A DNA stretch of 64,000 bases. Origin: Gammaproteobacteria bacterium. Lineage in GTDB: Bacteria; Pseudomonadota; Gammaproteobacteria; Natronospirales; JAJUFS01. Numbering within the stretch: the first letter of the stretch is position 1; each line of letters begins with the position of its first letter. The notes beneath the pieces are model-generated. The model saw only the letters and a program-made list of their open reading frames with translations. It ran no database searches and was not told the DNA's origin. Shown here in pieces: positions 19,198 to 31,770 of the stretch. The stretch is from positions 3,310 to 67,309 of the forward strand of contig JAWWBS010000001.1 in the NCBI GenBank assembly GCA_033720895.1, written 5' to 3'. The position numbers and the translations under genes were made by a program.

Positions 19198-21744
19198 TCA
19201 GATGGTTCGTGCAACCTCGACCTTTTCAAAACACTCGATCTGGTCGCCGACCTTGACGTCGTTGTAATCCTTCACGCCGATACCGCACTCGACACCCGAC
19301 TTGACCTCGTTCACGTCATCCTTGAAGCGGCGCAGCGATTCCAGCTCGCCTTCGTAGATGACCACGTTGTCGCGCAGCACGCGAATCGGATTGTTGCGCT
19401 TGACCGAGCCTTCGATGACCAGGCAGCCGGCGACCTGGCCGATTTTCGGTGCCTTGAAGACATCGCGAACCTCGGCAAGACCGATGATCTCTTCGCGCAT
19501 TTCCGGCGACAGCAGGCCCGACATGGCCGCCTTCACCTGGTCGATGGCTTCGTAGATCACGCTGTAGTAGTGAACGTCGACGCCATTCTCGTCGATCAGC
19601 TTGCGTGCCGTGCCATCGGCGCGCACGTTGAAGCCGATCATGATGGCTTCCGAAGCCGTCGCCAGGTTGACGTCGGACTCGGTGATGCCGCCCACGCCGG
19701 AAGCGACGATGTTCACGCGCACTTCGTCGGTGGACAGCTTGGTCAAGGACTCGCTGAGTGCCTCCACGGAACCCTGCACGTCAGCCTTGATCATCAGGTT
19801 GACGACACCGACATCACCTTCGGTCATGTTGGTGAACATGTTCTCGAGCTTGGCTGACTGCTGGCGTGCCAGCTTGGCTTCACGCTGCTTGGACGAACGG
19901 AAGTTGGCGACTTCACGCGCCTTGCGCTCGTCAGCGACGACAAAGGCTTCGTCACCCGCAGACGGCACGCCCGACAGGCCCAGAACCTGGGCCGGAATGG
20001 ACGGACCGGCTTCGTCGATCTGCTCGCCATGCTCGTCGAACATGGCACGCACGCGACCATACTCCTGGCCAGCGAGCAGGATGTCGCCGCGCTTCAGCTT
20101 GCCGCTGCGCACCAGCACGGTTGCCACGGGACCACGACCCTTCTCAAGCGACGACTCGACGACCACGCCCTTGGCGAATCCATCGGTCGGCGCCTTCAGC
20201 TCGAGCAGTTCGGCCTGCAGCACCAGCGATTCCAGCAGGGTATCGATGCCTTCGCCGGTCTTCGCGGAAACCGGTACGAACTGGGTGTCACCACCCCATT
20301 CCTCGGAGATCACTTCTAGCTGCGAGAGCTCGTTCCTGACGCGATCCGGATCGGCTTCAGGCTTGTCCATCTTGTTGACAGCCACGACCAGCGGCACGCC
20401 GGCGGCGCGCGCATGCTCGACCGCTTCCTTGGTCTGCGGCATGACACCGTCATCGGCAGCCACGACCAGCACCACGATGTCGGTCAGCTGTGCACCGCGG
20501 GCACGCATGGCGGTGAACGCCGCGTGACCCGGGGTATCGAGGAAGCTGACCACACCACGCTTGGTTTCGACGTGGTAGGCACCGATGTGCTGGGTGATAC
20601 CGCCGGCTTCGCCGTCGGCAACGGTCGTGGTGCGAATGTAGTCGAGCAACGAGGTCTTGCCGTGATCGACATGACCCATGATGGTCACGATCGGCGGGCG
20701 GGCTACGCCTTCGCCCTCTTCCGTCGTGCCGATGGTTTCGGCAATGACCTGCTCCTCGAGCTCGTTTTCCTTCATCAGCTTGGCGGTGTGTCCCATCTCC
20801 TCGACCACGATCTGGGCCGTTTCCTGGTCCAGCGCCTGGTTGATGGTCGCCATGACACCAAGGCCCATCAACTGCTTGATCAGCTCGGGCGCCTTGATGG
20901 CCAGCTTCTGGGCCAGCTCGCCGACCGTAATGGATTCCGGGATGTTGACTTCCCGCTTGACCGGGGCCGCCGGCTTCTCGAAGCCATGCTGACCACCGCC
21001 CGTCGGAGCTCCACCGCGACGCCTCGGTCCTTTCTTGCCGGCCTGGCGACGACCGGACTTGCCGGCCGCGACATGCAATTCGTTGCGGCCGTAGCGCGTG
21101 GCCGCCTTGCCACGCTGCTGCTTGCGCTCGTCCTCGGCAGCCTGTTTCTTGGCTTCTTCCTCGGCCTTGCGACGTTCCGCTTCCTCGCGGGCAGCACGGG
21201 CTTCCTCGTCGGCCTTTTCACGCTCGGCTTTTTCTTCCTCGGCGCGCTTGGCTTCTTCCTCGGCGACCACCTCGGCCTGCTTGGCTTCCACTTCGGCCTT
21301 GGCGCGCTGCTCGGCTTCCTCGGCCTCGCGCTTCTTGGCTTCCTCGGCTTCCTGCTCGGCGCGCTTGGCGTCTTCCTCGGCTGCGCGCTTGGCCTCTTCC
21401 TCGGCCTTGCGAGCTGCTTCCTGCTCCTCGAGCACGGAACGCTTCACGTAAGTACGCTTCTTGCGAACTTCGACGCTGACGGTCTTGGACTTGCCGCGGT
21501 TGTCACCCGTACGCAACTCGCTGGTGCTGCGACGCTTCAGCGTGATCTTGCCAGGCGCAGAGTCGCCCGACTCGCCCTTGCCGTGGCTGCGACGCAGGTG
21601 CGTCAGCAGCTGCAGCTTCTGATCATCGTCGATCGTCTCATCAGCACTCTTGTGGTCCAGGCCAGCCTCGGCCAGCTGTGACAACAGCTTGTCCGGGCCG
21701 ATACCCAGTACGTCTGCAAATTGCTTAACGGTTACTTCCGCCAT
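19198..21744 (-). CDS. infB: Translation initiation factor IF-2
   Basis: 848 aa. A K/E/A-rich N-terminal region precedes the GTPase domain ([21 protein letters not shown]). Confidence 0.97.
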   Translation of the reverse strand: MAEVTVKQFADVLGIGPDKLLSQLAEAGLDHKSADETIDDDQKLQLLTHLRRSHGKGESGDSAPGKITLKRRSTSELRTGDNRGKSKTVSVEVRKKRTYVKRSVLEEQEAARKAEEEAKRAAEEDAKRAEQEAEEAKKREAEEAEQRAKAEVEAKQAEVVAEEEAKRAEEEKAEREKADEEARAAREEAERRKAEEEAKKQAAEDERKQQRGKAATRYGRNELHVAAGKSGRRQAGKKGPRRRGGAPTGGGQHGFEKPAAPVKREVNIPESITVGELAQKLAIKAPELIKQLMGLGVMATINQALDQETAQIVVEEMGHTAKLMKENELEEQVIAETIGTTEEGEGVARPPIVTIMGHVDHGKTSLLDYIRTTTVADGEAGGITQHIGAYHVETKRGVVSFLDTPGHAAFTAMRARGAQLTDIVVLVVAADDGVMPQTKEAVEHARAAGVPLVVAVNKMDKPEADPDRVRNELSQLEVISEEWGGDTQFVPVSAKTGEGIDTLLESLVLQAELLELKAPTDGFAKGVVVESSLEKGRGPVATVLVRSGKLKRGDILLAGQEYGRVRAMFDEHGEQIDEAGPSIPAQVLGLSGVPSAGDEAFVVADERKAREVANFRSSKQREAKLARQQSAKLENMFTNMTEGDVGVVNLMIKADVQGSVEALSESLTKLSTDEVRVNIVASGVGGITESDVNLATASEAIMIGFNVRADGTARKLIDENGVDVHYYSVIYEAIDQVKAAMSGLLSPEMREEIIGLAEVRDVFKAPKIGQVAGCLVIEGSVKRNNPIRVLRDNVVIYEGELESLRRFKDDVNEVKSGVECGIGVKDYNDVKVGDQIECFEKVEVARTI

Positions 21745-21771
21745 TGAATCCCTCCCGGTGTGACCGGTTCC

Positions 21772-23265
21772 TTATTCCTGCTCGGCAAACCACGGCTCGC
21801 GGGCCGTCATGATGAGCTGCTTGGCACGTTCTTCGTCCATGCCTTCGATTTCCATCAGTTCATCGGTCGCCTGCTCGGCGAGATCTTCCATGGTGATGAT
21901 GCCCTTGGCAGCCAGCACGTAGGCCAGCGCCTCGTCCATGCCTTCCATGCCCAGCAGGTCGTCTGCCGGCTTGGCATCACCAATCTGCTCTTCACTCTGG
22001 ATCGCCTGCGTCAGCAGCACGTCGCGCGCACGACCGCGCAGTTCGGCGACGATGTCCTCGTCGAATTCCTCGATCTGCTCCAGCTCGGACTCGGGCACGT
22101 AGGCCACTTCCTCGATGCTGGAAAAGCCTTCCTGAACCAGGATTGCAGCAACTTCGGTATCCACGTCGAGGTGTTCCATGAAAACCTGCTGCAGCTCCTT
22201 GAGCTCGCTCTCGGTCTTCTCTTCCGCCTGCGACTCGGTCATCACGTTCAGCTCCCAGCCGGAAAGCTGTGATGCCAGGCGAATGTTCTGGCCGCCACGG
22301 CCAATGGCCAGCGACAGCTTGTCTTCCTCGACGGCGATATCCATCGAATGCTTGTCTTCGTCGACCACGATCGACACGACCTCGGCCGGCGACATGGCAT
22401 TGATCACGAACTGTGCCGGGTTGTCGTCCCAGACGATGATGTCGATGCGCTCGCCGGCCAGCTCGTTCGACACGGCCTGCACGCGCGAACCACGCATGCC
22501 GACACAGGCGCCAACCGGATCGATGCGCTGGTCGTTCGACTTGACGGCAATCTTGGCGCGCTGGCCGGCATCACGGGCAGCACCCATGATCTCGATCAGG
22601 CCCTGGCCGATTTCCGGCACTTCGATCTTGAACAGCTCTTCGAGGAAGCGCGGATCCGAACGGCTGACGAACAGCTGCGGACCGCGCTGCTCGGAGCGCA
22701 CTTCCTTCAGGTAGCCACGCACGCGGTCACCCGGGCGCACGGCCTCGCGCGGAATCATTTCTTCGCGCGGAATGTAGGCTTCGGCATTGCCGCCGAGGTC
22801 GATGTAGACCGCGCCGCGTTCGACGCGCTTGACGATGCCGGTAAGCAATTCGCCGATGCGATCCTCGTACTGCTCGACGACCTGGGCACGTTCAGCTTCG
22901 CGCACCTTCTGCACGATGACCTGCTTGGCGGTCTGGGCAGCGATGCGGCCGAAGGCGACCGACTCGACCTGCTCTTCGACGTAATCACCGACCTGCAGGT
23001 CCGGCTCGTCGTGCTGCGCGGCACTGAGGGTGATCTGCTTCTCGGGGAACTCCATCTCGGCATCGTCTTCGATGATTTCCCAGCGGCGGAAGGTGTCGTA
23101 ATCGCCGGTTTCGCGATCGATCACCACCCGCGCTTCGATGTCACCACCGTGGCGCTTGCGCGTGGCCGATGCCAGCGCCGCCTCGATTGCCTCGAAGATC
23201 ACTTCCTTGTCGACGCCTTTCTCGTTCGAAACGGCATCGGCAACCAACAGAATTTCTTTCGTCAT
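21772..23265 (-). CDS. nusA: Transcription termination/antitermination factor NusA
   Basis: 497 aa with S1, KH1 and KH2 domains and C-terminal AR1/AR2 acidic repeats. Confidence 0.97.
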   Translation of the reverse strand: MTKEILLVADAVSNEKGVDKEVIFEAIEAALASATRKRHGGDIEARVVIDRETGDYDTFRRWEIIEDDAEMEFPEKQITLSAAQHDEPDLQVGDYVEEQVESVAFGRIAAQTAKQVIVQKVREAERAQVVEQYEDRIGELLTGIVKRVERGAVYIDLGGNAEAYIPREEMIPREAVRPGDRVRGYLKEVRSEQRGPQLFVSRSDPRFLEELFKIEVPEIGQGLIEIMGAARDAGQRAKIAVKSNDQRIDPVGACVGMRGSRVQAVSNELAGERIDIIVWDDNPAQFVINAMSPAEVVSIVVDEDKHSMDIAVEEDKLSLAIGRGGQNIRLASQLSGWELNVMTESQAEEKTESELKELQQVFMEHLDVDTEVAAILVQEGFSSIEEVAYVPESELEQIEEFDEDIVAELRGRARDVLLTQAIQSEEQIGDAKPADDLLGMEGMDEALAYVLAAKGIITMEDLAEQATDELMEIEGMDEERAKQLIMTAREPWFAEQE

Positions 23266-23290
23266 GACTGCAGTTCCTGACTATTCAGTC

Positions 23291-23743
23291 TCAAAATTCC
23301 GGAACCAGCCGCGCCTTCTTCAGCGCTGCCGCTTCCACGTTCACTTCCTCGCCATCGACGTCCACGGTCAGGACATCGTTGGCAAAACCTTTCAATTCGC
23401 CGGTGAAGCGCCAGCGGCCGTTCTCCGGCTTGTCCAGCTCCAGCTTGACCCGCTGGCCGATGACGGCCTCGAAATGCGCGCCCGTGCGCAGCGGCCGGTC
23501 CAGCCCCGGGGAGGACACTTCCAGCGAGTACTCGCCCGGCATCGGGTCCTCGACGTCCAGCACGCCACTGACCTGGTGACTGACCTTTTCGCAGTCTTCG
23601 AGCCCGATGCCGTCCGGTCCGTCGATGTAGAGGCGCAACAGCCCGTTCTTGGGATTGGTGCTGCACTCCACCTCGACCAGCTCGTAGCCCATGGCTTCGA
23701 CGGTCGGCTCCAGCAGTTCGATCATCTGGTCACGCAATGCCAT
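23291..23743 (-). CDS. rimP: Ribosome maturation factor RimP
   Basis: 150 aa. LEPTVEAMGYELVEVEC...LRLYID. It lies directly upstream of nusA. Confidence 0.92.
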   Translation of the reverse strand: MALRDQMIELLEPTVEAMGYELVEVECSTNPKNGLLRLYIDGPDGIGLEDCEKVSHQVSGVLDVEDPMPGEYSLEVSSPGLDRPLRTGAHFEAVIGQRVKLELDKPENGRWRFTGELKGFANDVLTVDVDGEEVNVEAAALKKARLVPEF

Positions 23744-23772
23744 CCGGACGCCCTACACTCACTCGCTGCATC

Positions 23773-23797
23773 AAATAAAAAATGGGCCAATGGCCCA
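23773..23797 (-). terminator. Second rho-independent terminator/attenuator between metY and rimP
   Basis: Minus strand: tgggcc-att-ggccca followed by ttttttattt. The stem is short (6 bp, GC-rich). Confidence 0.5.
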
Positions 23798-23907
23798 CTC
23801 CCTAAAGCCCTTGTAAATCAAGGACTTCTATATCCTTTCTGGAAACAACCTCACGTCAATTCCAGTTCGACCCCAGCCATGCATGGGCCAAAATCAGGGC
23901 CGTAAAC

Positions 23908-23938
23908 GAAAAAACCCCGATAACCATCGGGGTTTTTC
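23908..23938 (-). terminator. Rho-independent terminator immediately downstream of tRNA-fMet
   Basis: Minus strand: aaaaaccccgat-ggtt-atcggggtttttt. It starts 9 nt after the tRNA CCA end. Confidence 0.8.
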
Positions 23939-23946
23939 AACAAAGT

Positions 23947-24023
23947 TGGTAGCGGGGGCAGGATTTGAACCTGCGACCTTCGGGTTATGAGCCCGACGAG
24001 CTGCCAGACTGCTCCACCCCGCA
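23947..24023 (-). tRNA. metY: Initiator tRNA-Met (CAU), CCA-encoded
   Basis: 77 nt: TGCGGGGTGGAGCAGTCTGGCAGCTCGTCGGGCTCATAACCCGAAGGTCGCAGGTTCAAATCCTGCCCCCGCTACCA. Apart from positions 1 and 72 and compensated stem changes it is near-identical to E. coli tRNA-fMet. It has GGG/CCC in the anticodon stem and a 1:72 mismatch. It lies upstream of rimP-nusA-infB, as in E. coli. Confidence 0.95.
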
Positions 24024-24037
24024 CCCGACAGACGCGC

Positions 24038-24066
24038 ATACTAGAGACTTATGCGCCATTTTTCAA
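24038..24066 (-). promoter_or_regulatory. Sigma-70 promoter candidate for metY (with GC-rich discriminator)
   Basis: Minus strand: TTGAAA, 17 bp spacer, TAGTAT, then gcgcgtc. The -10 element ends 14 nt before the mature tRNA 5' end. Confidence 0.55.
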
Positions 24067-24121
24067 GCCAAATCAGCGACTAATGCCGCATAGATCCGAC
24101 CAAAGGTGCGACTCTGGCTAC

Positions 24122-25567
24122 TCAGTACCCAATTGCCCGCATGCAGACCGTCATCAGGGCGTTCGGGAAGATGCCCAGGCCCAGGATCAGCAGGCCGTTG
24201 ACGGTCATGACGGTGCGGACATTCGCGGCTGCCTCCAGCGGCAGGATCTCGCCCTCGGGCTCGTCGAAGTACATCACTTTGACGACCTTCAGGTAGTAAT
24301 AGGCACTGATGACCGAGAACACCACCGCGGCAATGGCCAGCCAGAGCAGGTCCACGTCCAGCACGGCGCGAATCACCTCGAACTTGGCAAAGAAACCGGC
24401 AAATGGCGGCACGCCGGCCATGCCGAACATGACGAACATCATCATCGCGGCGAACCAGGGGCTGCGACGCGCCAGCCCGGCGAAATCGCTGACCTGGTCG
24501 GCCTCGAAGCCATTGCGGGCCAGCAGCAGGATCATGCCGAAGCCGGCGGCCGACATGATCACGTAGATGATGGTGTAGAACATGGCCGCCTCATAGCCCT
24601 GCTCCGTGCCGGCCAGGATGCCCAGCAGGATGAAGCCGACGTGCGAGATGGTCGAATACGCCAGCAGGCGCTTCATGCTGGTCTGGACGATGGCGACCGT
24701 GGCACCGATGGCCATGGAAGCCACCGACAGGACGATCAGCATCAGCTGCCAGGCCTGCTGTGCATCGCCCAGGCCATCGGCCAGCAGGCGCATGAACAGC
24801 GCAAAGCCACCGAGCTTGGGCACGGTACCGATCATCAGGGTCATGGCCGTCGGCGCGCCGTCATAAACATCCGGCACCCACATGTGGAACGGCACGGCAC
24901 CCAGCTTGAAGGCAAGTCCGGCCACCACGAACACCACGCCCAGCACCAGGCCGACGGACATCGAATGACTGCTGACATAGGCAGCGACCTCGGTGATGCC
25001 CAGGGCGCCGGTCACACCGTAAAGAATCGACATGCCATAGAGCAGGAAGCCGGAGGCGATCGCACCCAGGATGAAGTACTTCATGGCGGCTTCGGAGGCT
25101 ACCCCGTTGTCACGCTGCATGGCCACCAGGCCGTACAGGGACAGCGACAGCAGCTCGAGACCGAGATACAGCACCACGAAGTGATGCGCCGAAATCATCA
25201 CCATCACGCCCAGCAAGGCGAACAGGCCAAGGGTGTAGAACTCGCCCTGGAAGAGATTGCGCGCCTCCAGGTATTCCTTGGAATAGATGAAGATCGCGCC
25301 CATGGTCGCGTAGGCAACCAGCTTCAATACATGCGCCATGCCATCGGCAATGTACATGCCACCGAAGGTCGACACCGTCACGTTGTCATTCTGCGACATG
25401 GTGATCAGCGCAAGGATCACCAGCGTCCCCATGGACATCCAGTGCGTGACGATGCGGCGATCCTGCTCGAGGAAGAGATCGGCGACCAGGATGATGCAAG
25501 CCATGCTCATCAGGAAGATTTCCGGCAAGGCGGGCATCAGGTCGGGAGTTATGAAATTCGTAGCCAT
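24122..25567 (-). CDS. nuoN: NADH-quinone oxidoreductase subunit N
   Basis: 481 aa, polytopic antiporter-like subunit. It is the last gene of the nuoA-N operon. Confidence 0.93.
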   Translation of the reverse strand: MATNFITPDLMPALPEIFLMSMACIILVADLFLEQDRRIVTHWMSMGTLVILALITMSQNDNVTVSTFGGMYIADGMAHVLKLVAYATMGAIFIYSKEYLEARNLFQGEFYTLGLFALLGVMVMISAHHFVVLYLGLELLSLSLYGLVAMQRDNGVASEAAMKYFILGAIASGFLLYGMSILYGVTGALGITEVAAYVSSHSMSVGLVLGVVFVVAGLAFKLGAVPFHMWVPDVYDGAPTAMTLMIGTVPKLGGFALFMRLLADGLGDAQQAWQLMLIVLSVASMAIGATVAIVQTSMKRLLAYSTISHVGFILLGILAGTEQGYEAAMFYTIIYVIMSAAGFGMILLLARNGFEADQVSDFAGLARRSPWFAAMMMFVMFGMAGVPPFAGFFAKFEVIRAVLDVDLLWLAIAAVVFSVISAYYYLKVVKVMYFDEPEGEILPLEAAANVRTVMTVNGLLILGLGIFPNALMTVCMRAIGY

Positions 25568-25585
25568 GGTTTCTGTTTCGATCCC

Positions 25586-27115
25586 TTACAGTTTCGACTG
25601 CATTACATGCGCGACGAGGTTTTCGATACTGGCGTTCATGACCTCGGTCAGCGGGTCCGGGTAGATGCCGAAGAACAGCACCGTCGCGGCCAGCACGGCG
25701 AGGATGGCGAACTCGCGACGATTGACGTCTTCGAGCTTCGCCACGTTGTCGTTGGCGACTTCACCGTACAGCACGCGCTTGACCAGCCAGAGCGTGTAGG
25801 CAGCGCCGAGAATCAGCGTCATTGCAGCGGCAAAGGCAATCCAGAAGCTTGCATTGAAGCTCGCCAGGATCACCATGAATTCACCCACGAAGCCCGAGGT
25901 ACCTGGCAGGCCCGAGTTGGCCATCGCGAACAGCACCATGAACGCGGCGAACACCGGCATGGTGTTGGCCACGCCGCCGTAGGCCGAGATCTCGCGACTG
26001 TGCACGCGGTCATACATCACGCCCACGCAGAGGAACAGCGCGCCGGAGATGAAGCCATGGGAAATCATCTGCACCATGCCGCCAGCCATGCCCAGCACGG
26101 CACCCTGGGTCGAGCCCGTGGCCGTCCAGATGGCAAACGGCAGGAAGAAGCCCAGGGTCACGAAGCCCATGTGGGCAATCGAGGAATAGGCAATCAGCTT
26201 CTTCATGTCCTGCTGCACCAGCGCGACGAATCCGATGTAGACCACCGCGATCAGCGACAACGCAATCACGAAACCATCAAGGTAAGCCGAAGCGTCGGGG
26301 GCGATCGGCAGCGCAAAGCGCAGGAAGCCGTAACCACCCAGCTTCAGCATGATGGCCGCCAGGATGACGGAACCGCCGGTCGGTGCTTCCACGTGCGCAT
26401 CCGGCAACCAGGTGTGCACCGGGAACATCGGGATCTTCACCGCGAAGGCAGCAAAGAACGCCAGGAAGATCAGGATCTGCGCCGTCATCGGCAGCGGCAG
26501 CGCATGGAAATCGAGGATGTTGTAGCTGCCACCCGCCTGCATGTAGAGGTAGATCAGCGCCACCAGCATGAATACCGAGCCGAGGAAGGTATAGAGGAAG
26601 AACTTGATGGTCGCGTAGACGCGGCGCGGACCACCCCAGATGCCGATGATCAGGAACATCGGGATCAGCATGGCTTCCCAGAAGATGTAGAACAGCAGGC
26701 CGTCGACGGCGGAGAACACGCCATTCATGAGGCCTTCCATGATCAGGAAGGCGGCCATGTACTGCCCCACCCGGTCCTTGATCACTTCCCAGCCGGCGGC
26801 CACGACCAGCACGGTCACGAAGGTCGTCAGCAGGATCAGCGGCAAGGCAATGCCGTCGATGCCGAGGTGGTACCAGACGTTCAGGTAATCGATCCACGGC
26901 AGGCGTTCGACAAACTGCATGTCCGCCGTCGCCATGTCGAAGCCCGTGTAGAGCGGCAGGCTGACCAGGAAGGTGGCCAGCGCCACGATCAGCGATGCCC
27001 AGCGAGCACGCATGCCGGCCGCCTCGTCACCCGCCTTGTCGATCAGCAGCACGGCCAGGCCACCGAAAATCGGCAACCAGATGACCAGGCTCAGCAATGG
27101 AAGATCGTTAAACAT
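25586..27115 (-). CDS. nuoM: NADH-quinone oxidoreductase subunit M
   Basis: 509 aa, antiporter-like subunit (HVEAPTGGSVILA motif). Confidence 0.93.
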   Translation of the reverse strand: MFNDLPLLSLVIWLPIFGGLAVLLIDKAGDEAAGMRARWASLIVALATFLVSLPLYTGFDMATADMQFVERLPWIDYLNVWYHLGIDGIALPLILLTTFVTVLVVAAGWEVIKDRVGQYMAAFLIMEGLMNGVFSAVDGLLFYIFWEAMLIPMFLIIGIWGGPRRVYATIKFFLYTFLGSVFMLVALIYLYMQAGGSYNILDFHALPLPMTAQILIFLAFFAAFAVKIPMFPVHTWLPDAHVEAPTGGSVILAAIMLKLGGYGFLRFALPIAPDASAYLDGFVIALSLIAVVYIGFVALVQQDMKKLIAYSSIAHMGFVTLGFFLPFAIWTATGSTQGAVLGMAGGMVQMISHGFISGALFLCVGVMYDRVHSREISAYGGVANTMPVFAAFMVLFAMANSGLPGTSGFVGEFMVILASFNASFWIAFAAAMTLILGAAYTLWLVKRVLYGEVANDNVAKLEDVNRREFAILAVLAATVLFFGIYPDPLTEVMNASIENLVAHVMQSKL

Positions 27116-27171
27116 TCTTGTTCCTCAACCCCTGTCGGGAAATCGTGTCCGGTTCTTGTTCTGGATTCGAC

Positions 27172-29124
<1,953 letters not shown>

Positions 29125-29128
29125 GTCC

Positions 29129-29434
29129 TCAGCCCTTCAAGCTGTCGAGGTCTTCGACATTGATGCTGTTGCGGTTGCGGAACAGCACGACAAGGATGGC
29201 CAGACCGATGGCCGCTTCAGCAGCAGCTACCGTCAGGATGAAGAAGACGAACACCTGCCCTGCCAGGTCGTCCATGAATCGCGAGAATGCGATGAAGTTC
29301 ATGTTGACGGCCAGCAGCATCAGCTCGGCGCACATCAGCAGGACGATGACGTTCTTCCGGTTCAGGAAGATGCCGGCAACGGCGATGCTGAACAGCACCG
29401 CGCCAAGCGTCAGGTAGTGGTACAGGGAAATCAT
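29129..29434 (-). CDS. nuoK: NADH-quinone oxidoreductase subunit K
   Basis: 101 aa, 3 [30 protein letters not shown]... Confidence 0.93.
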   Translation of the reverse strand: MISLYHYLTLGAVLFSIAVAGIFLNRKNVIVLLMCAELMLLAVNMNFIAFSRFMDDLAGQVFVFFILTVAAAEAAIGLAILVVLFRNRNSINVEDLDSLKG

Positions 29435-29482
29435 CAGTATTTCGCCCCTAGCTTCCTTGGCAGCAACCGTTGGTTGCTGACT

Positions 29483-30091
29483 CTATTGATCGGTTTCCGA
29501 TTCGACCTTGACCAGGCGGACGCGATCGTCGCGCTTCACCTTCACCTGCTCGGCCGCATTCTGGTGCCTGGTTCCTTCGCGCTTGCGCATGGTCAACGTG
29601 ATGGCAACAACGATGCCAACCAGCAGGATCAGCGCTGCAATTTCGAAGGGATAGACGTATTCGGTGTACATCACCTGGCCGATGGCCGAGGTGTTGCTGT
29701 AACCCTCGGGCAGCGGCGTGCGCACGTACTCGGCAATGCCGAGCTGCTTGTGCCAGATCACGTAAGCCAGCTCGGCAACCATGACGATGGCGAAAATGGC
29801 AGCCAGCGGCGCGTACCGGACGAAGCCCTGGCGCAGCACAGCGATATTGATGTCGAGCATCATCACCACGAACAGGAACAGCACCATCACGGCGCCGACA
29901 TAGACCAGCACCAGCGCGATGCCCAGGAACTCGGCCTCCAGCATCAGCCAGAGAACGGCACTGCTGAAAAAGCACAGCACCAGGAACAAGGCAGCGTGAA
30001 CCGGATTGCGCACGGTGATCACGGCGAGAGCCGCAAACACGAGCAGCGCGGCGGTCGGCCAGAAGATCAGTGCTTCGACGGAAAATGGCAT
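29483..30091 (-). CDS. nuoJ: NADH-quinone oxidoreductase subunit J
   Basis: 202 aa, TM protein, in operon context between nuoI and nuoK. Confidence 0.9.
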   Translation of the reverse strand: MPFSVEALIFWPTAALLVFAALAVITVRNPVHAALFLVLCFFSSAVLWLMLEAEFLGIALVLVYVGAVMVLFLFVVMMLDINIAVLRQGFVRYAPLAAIFAIVMVAELAYVIWHKQLGIAEYVRTPLPEGYSNTSAIGQVMYTEYVYPFEIAALILLVGIVVAITLTMRKREGTRHQNAAEQVKVKRDDRVRLVKVESETDQ

Positions 30092-30108
30092 GTCTTATCC
30101 TCGCCCCT

Positions 30109-30597
30109 TTATCGGTACTGGCGGTCGGCAGCACGATCCGCAGCGATCTGCGCTTCGTACTTGTCACCCACCGCAAGCAGCTTGTCCTTGGTCATGACCT
30201 GTTCGCCACGTTTCTCGAAATGGAACTCGGTCACGCGGGTTTCGACAATGGCATCGACCGGACAGGCTTCCTCGCAGAAGCCGCAGTAGATGCACTTGAA
30301 CAGGTCGATGTCATAGCGCGTGGTACGACGCGTACCGTCCTCGCGCATTTCGGAATCGATGGTGATTGCCAGCGCCGGGCAGACCGCCTCGCAGAGCTTG
30401 CAGGCAATGCAGCGCTCTTCGCCGTTCGGGTAGCGGCGCTGCGCATGCAGGCCACGGAAACGCGGCGACTTCGGGGTCTTTTCTTCCGGGTACTGCAAGG
30501 TGATCTTCGGCTTGAAGAAATACTTGCCCGTCAGCTTCAGGCCGCCCCACAGCTCCGACAGGAACCAGGTATCGATCCAGTTGCGTAGTGCAGTCAT
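30109..30597 (-). CDS. nuoI: NADH-quinone oxidoreductase subunit I (2x[4Fe-4S] ferredoxin-type)
   Basis: 162 aa with two CxxCxxCxxxCP motifs ([24 protein letters not shown]). Confidence 0.95.
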   Translation of the reverse strand: MTALRNWIDTWFLSELWGGLKLTGKYFFKPKITLQYPEEKTPKSPRFRGLHAQRRYPNGEERCIACKLCEAVCPALAITIDSEMREDGTRRTTRYDIDLFKCIYCGFCEEACPVDAIVETRVTEFHFEKRGEQVMTKDKLLAVGDKYEAQIAADRAADRQYR

Positions 30598-31760
30598 GAT
30601 TGCGTCACCTTGTCATTGTCGCGGCTCGCCGGCGCCTGCCCGGTGAACTTCGCGATCAGGATAAGCAGTACGGTGCCGATGCCGGTCACGATGCCCAGTG
30701 CATCCCAGCCCCATTCCATGACCTTGAACAGGCCCATCACCATCAACCAGACGATGGTCACCGGAATGAACACTTTCCAGCCCAGGCGCATGATCTGGTC
30801 GTAGCGGTAGCGCGGGAATGTCGCGCGGAACCACAGGAAGCAGTACATGAAGAAGAACATCTTCAGGCAGAACCAGATAATGCCCGGAACACCGGCAAAC
30901 ATGCTTTCCAGGCCCGGGATGCCCGCAAAGGGGCTCAGCCAGCCACCGAAGAAGAAGATCGCGGTCAGTGCCGAGATCAGGATCATGTTGGCGTACTCGG
31001 CCAGGAAGAACACGGCAAAGGCCGTGCCGGAGTATTCGACATGGAAGCCCGCAACGATTTCGGATTCACCTTCCGCGACGTCGAAGGGTGCGCGGTTCGT
31101 TTCCGCGACACCGGAAATGAAGTAGACCAGGAACAGTGGCAGCAACGGCAGCCAGAACCAGTCGATGATGGAACCCGACTGGGCGCGGACGATATCGCCG
31201 AGGCTCAGCGAACCGCCAGCCATCAGCACGCCGACCAGGGCAAAGCCCATCGCGATTTCGTAAGCGACGATCTGCGCTGCCGAGCGCATGGCGCCGAGGA
31301 AAGCGTACTTCGAATTGGATGCCCAGCCGGCAATGATCACGCCGTAGACACCCACGCCGGTCAGCGCCAGCACGTACAGCAGCGCCGCATTGATGTCGGC
31401 CAGCACCCAGCCATCATCGAACGGCACGACCGCCCAGGTGGCAAAGGCCGGCGCCAGCGAAATGATCGGCGCGATGATGAACAGGAACTTGCTGGAGTTT
31501 GCCGGAATGATGACTTCCTTCATCACCAGCTTCACGACGTCAGCGAGCCACTGGAAGGTGCCATGGAAACCGACACGGTTCGGTCCGTTGCGCCCCTGCA
31601 TGGCACCGATGACCTTGCGTTCCAGCAGGGTGTAGAAACCGACCAGCACTACCAGCGGCAGCATGACCAGCAACACCCAGGGCACGATCGCCAGGACATA
31701 GCGAACTTCCGGCCAGAACCAGTTCCAGATACCGAGAACGAATTCGACAATCATTTCCAT
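30594..31760 (-). CDS. nuoH: NADH-quinone oxidoreductase subunit H
   Basis: 388 aa. [18 protein letters not shown] motif. The stop overlaps the nuoI start by 4 nt. It carries a C-terminal extension of ~40 aa with one extra hydrophobic helix. Confidence 0.92.
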   Translation of the reverse strand: MEMIVEFVLGIWNWFWPEVRYVLAIVPWVLLVMLPLVVLVGFYTLLERKVIGAMQGRNGPNRVGFHGTFQWLADVVKLVMKEVIIPANSSKFLFIIAPIISLAPAFATWAVVPFDDGWVLADINAALLYVLALTGVGVYGVIIAGWASNSKYAFLGAMRSAAQIVAYEIAMGFALVGVLMAGGSLSLGDIVRAQSGSIIDWFWLPLLPLFLVYFISGVAETNRAPFDVAEGESEIVAGFHVEYSGTAFAVFFLAEYANMILISALTAIFFFGGWLSPFAGIPGLESMFAGVPGIIWFCLKMFFFMYCFLWFRATFPRYRYDQIMRLGWKVFIPVTIVWLMVMGLFKVMEWGWDALGIVTGIGTVLLILIAKFTGQAPASRDNDKVTQS

Positions 31761-31770
31761 TCAACCGTCC

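Noticed and set aside
23851-24039. 62-aa minus-strand ORF.
   Set aside because: It overlaps the initiator tRNA gene and its terminator. This is a translation artefact of a structured RNA locus.
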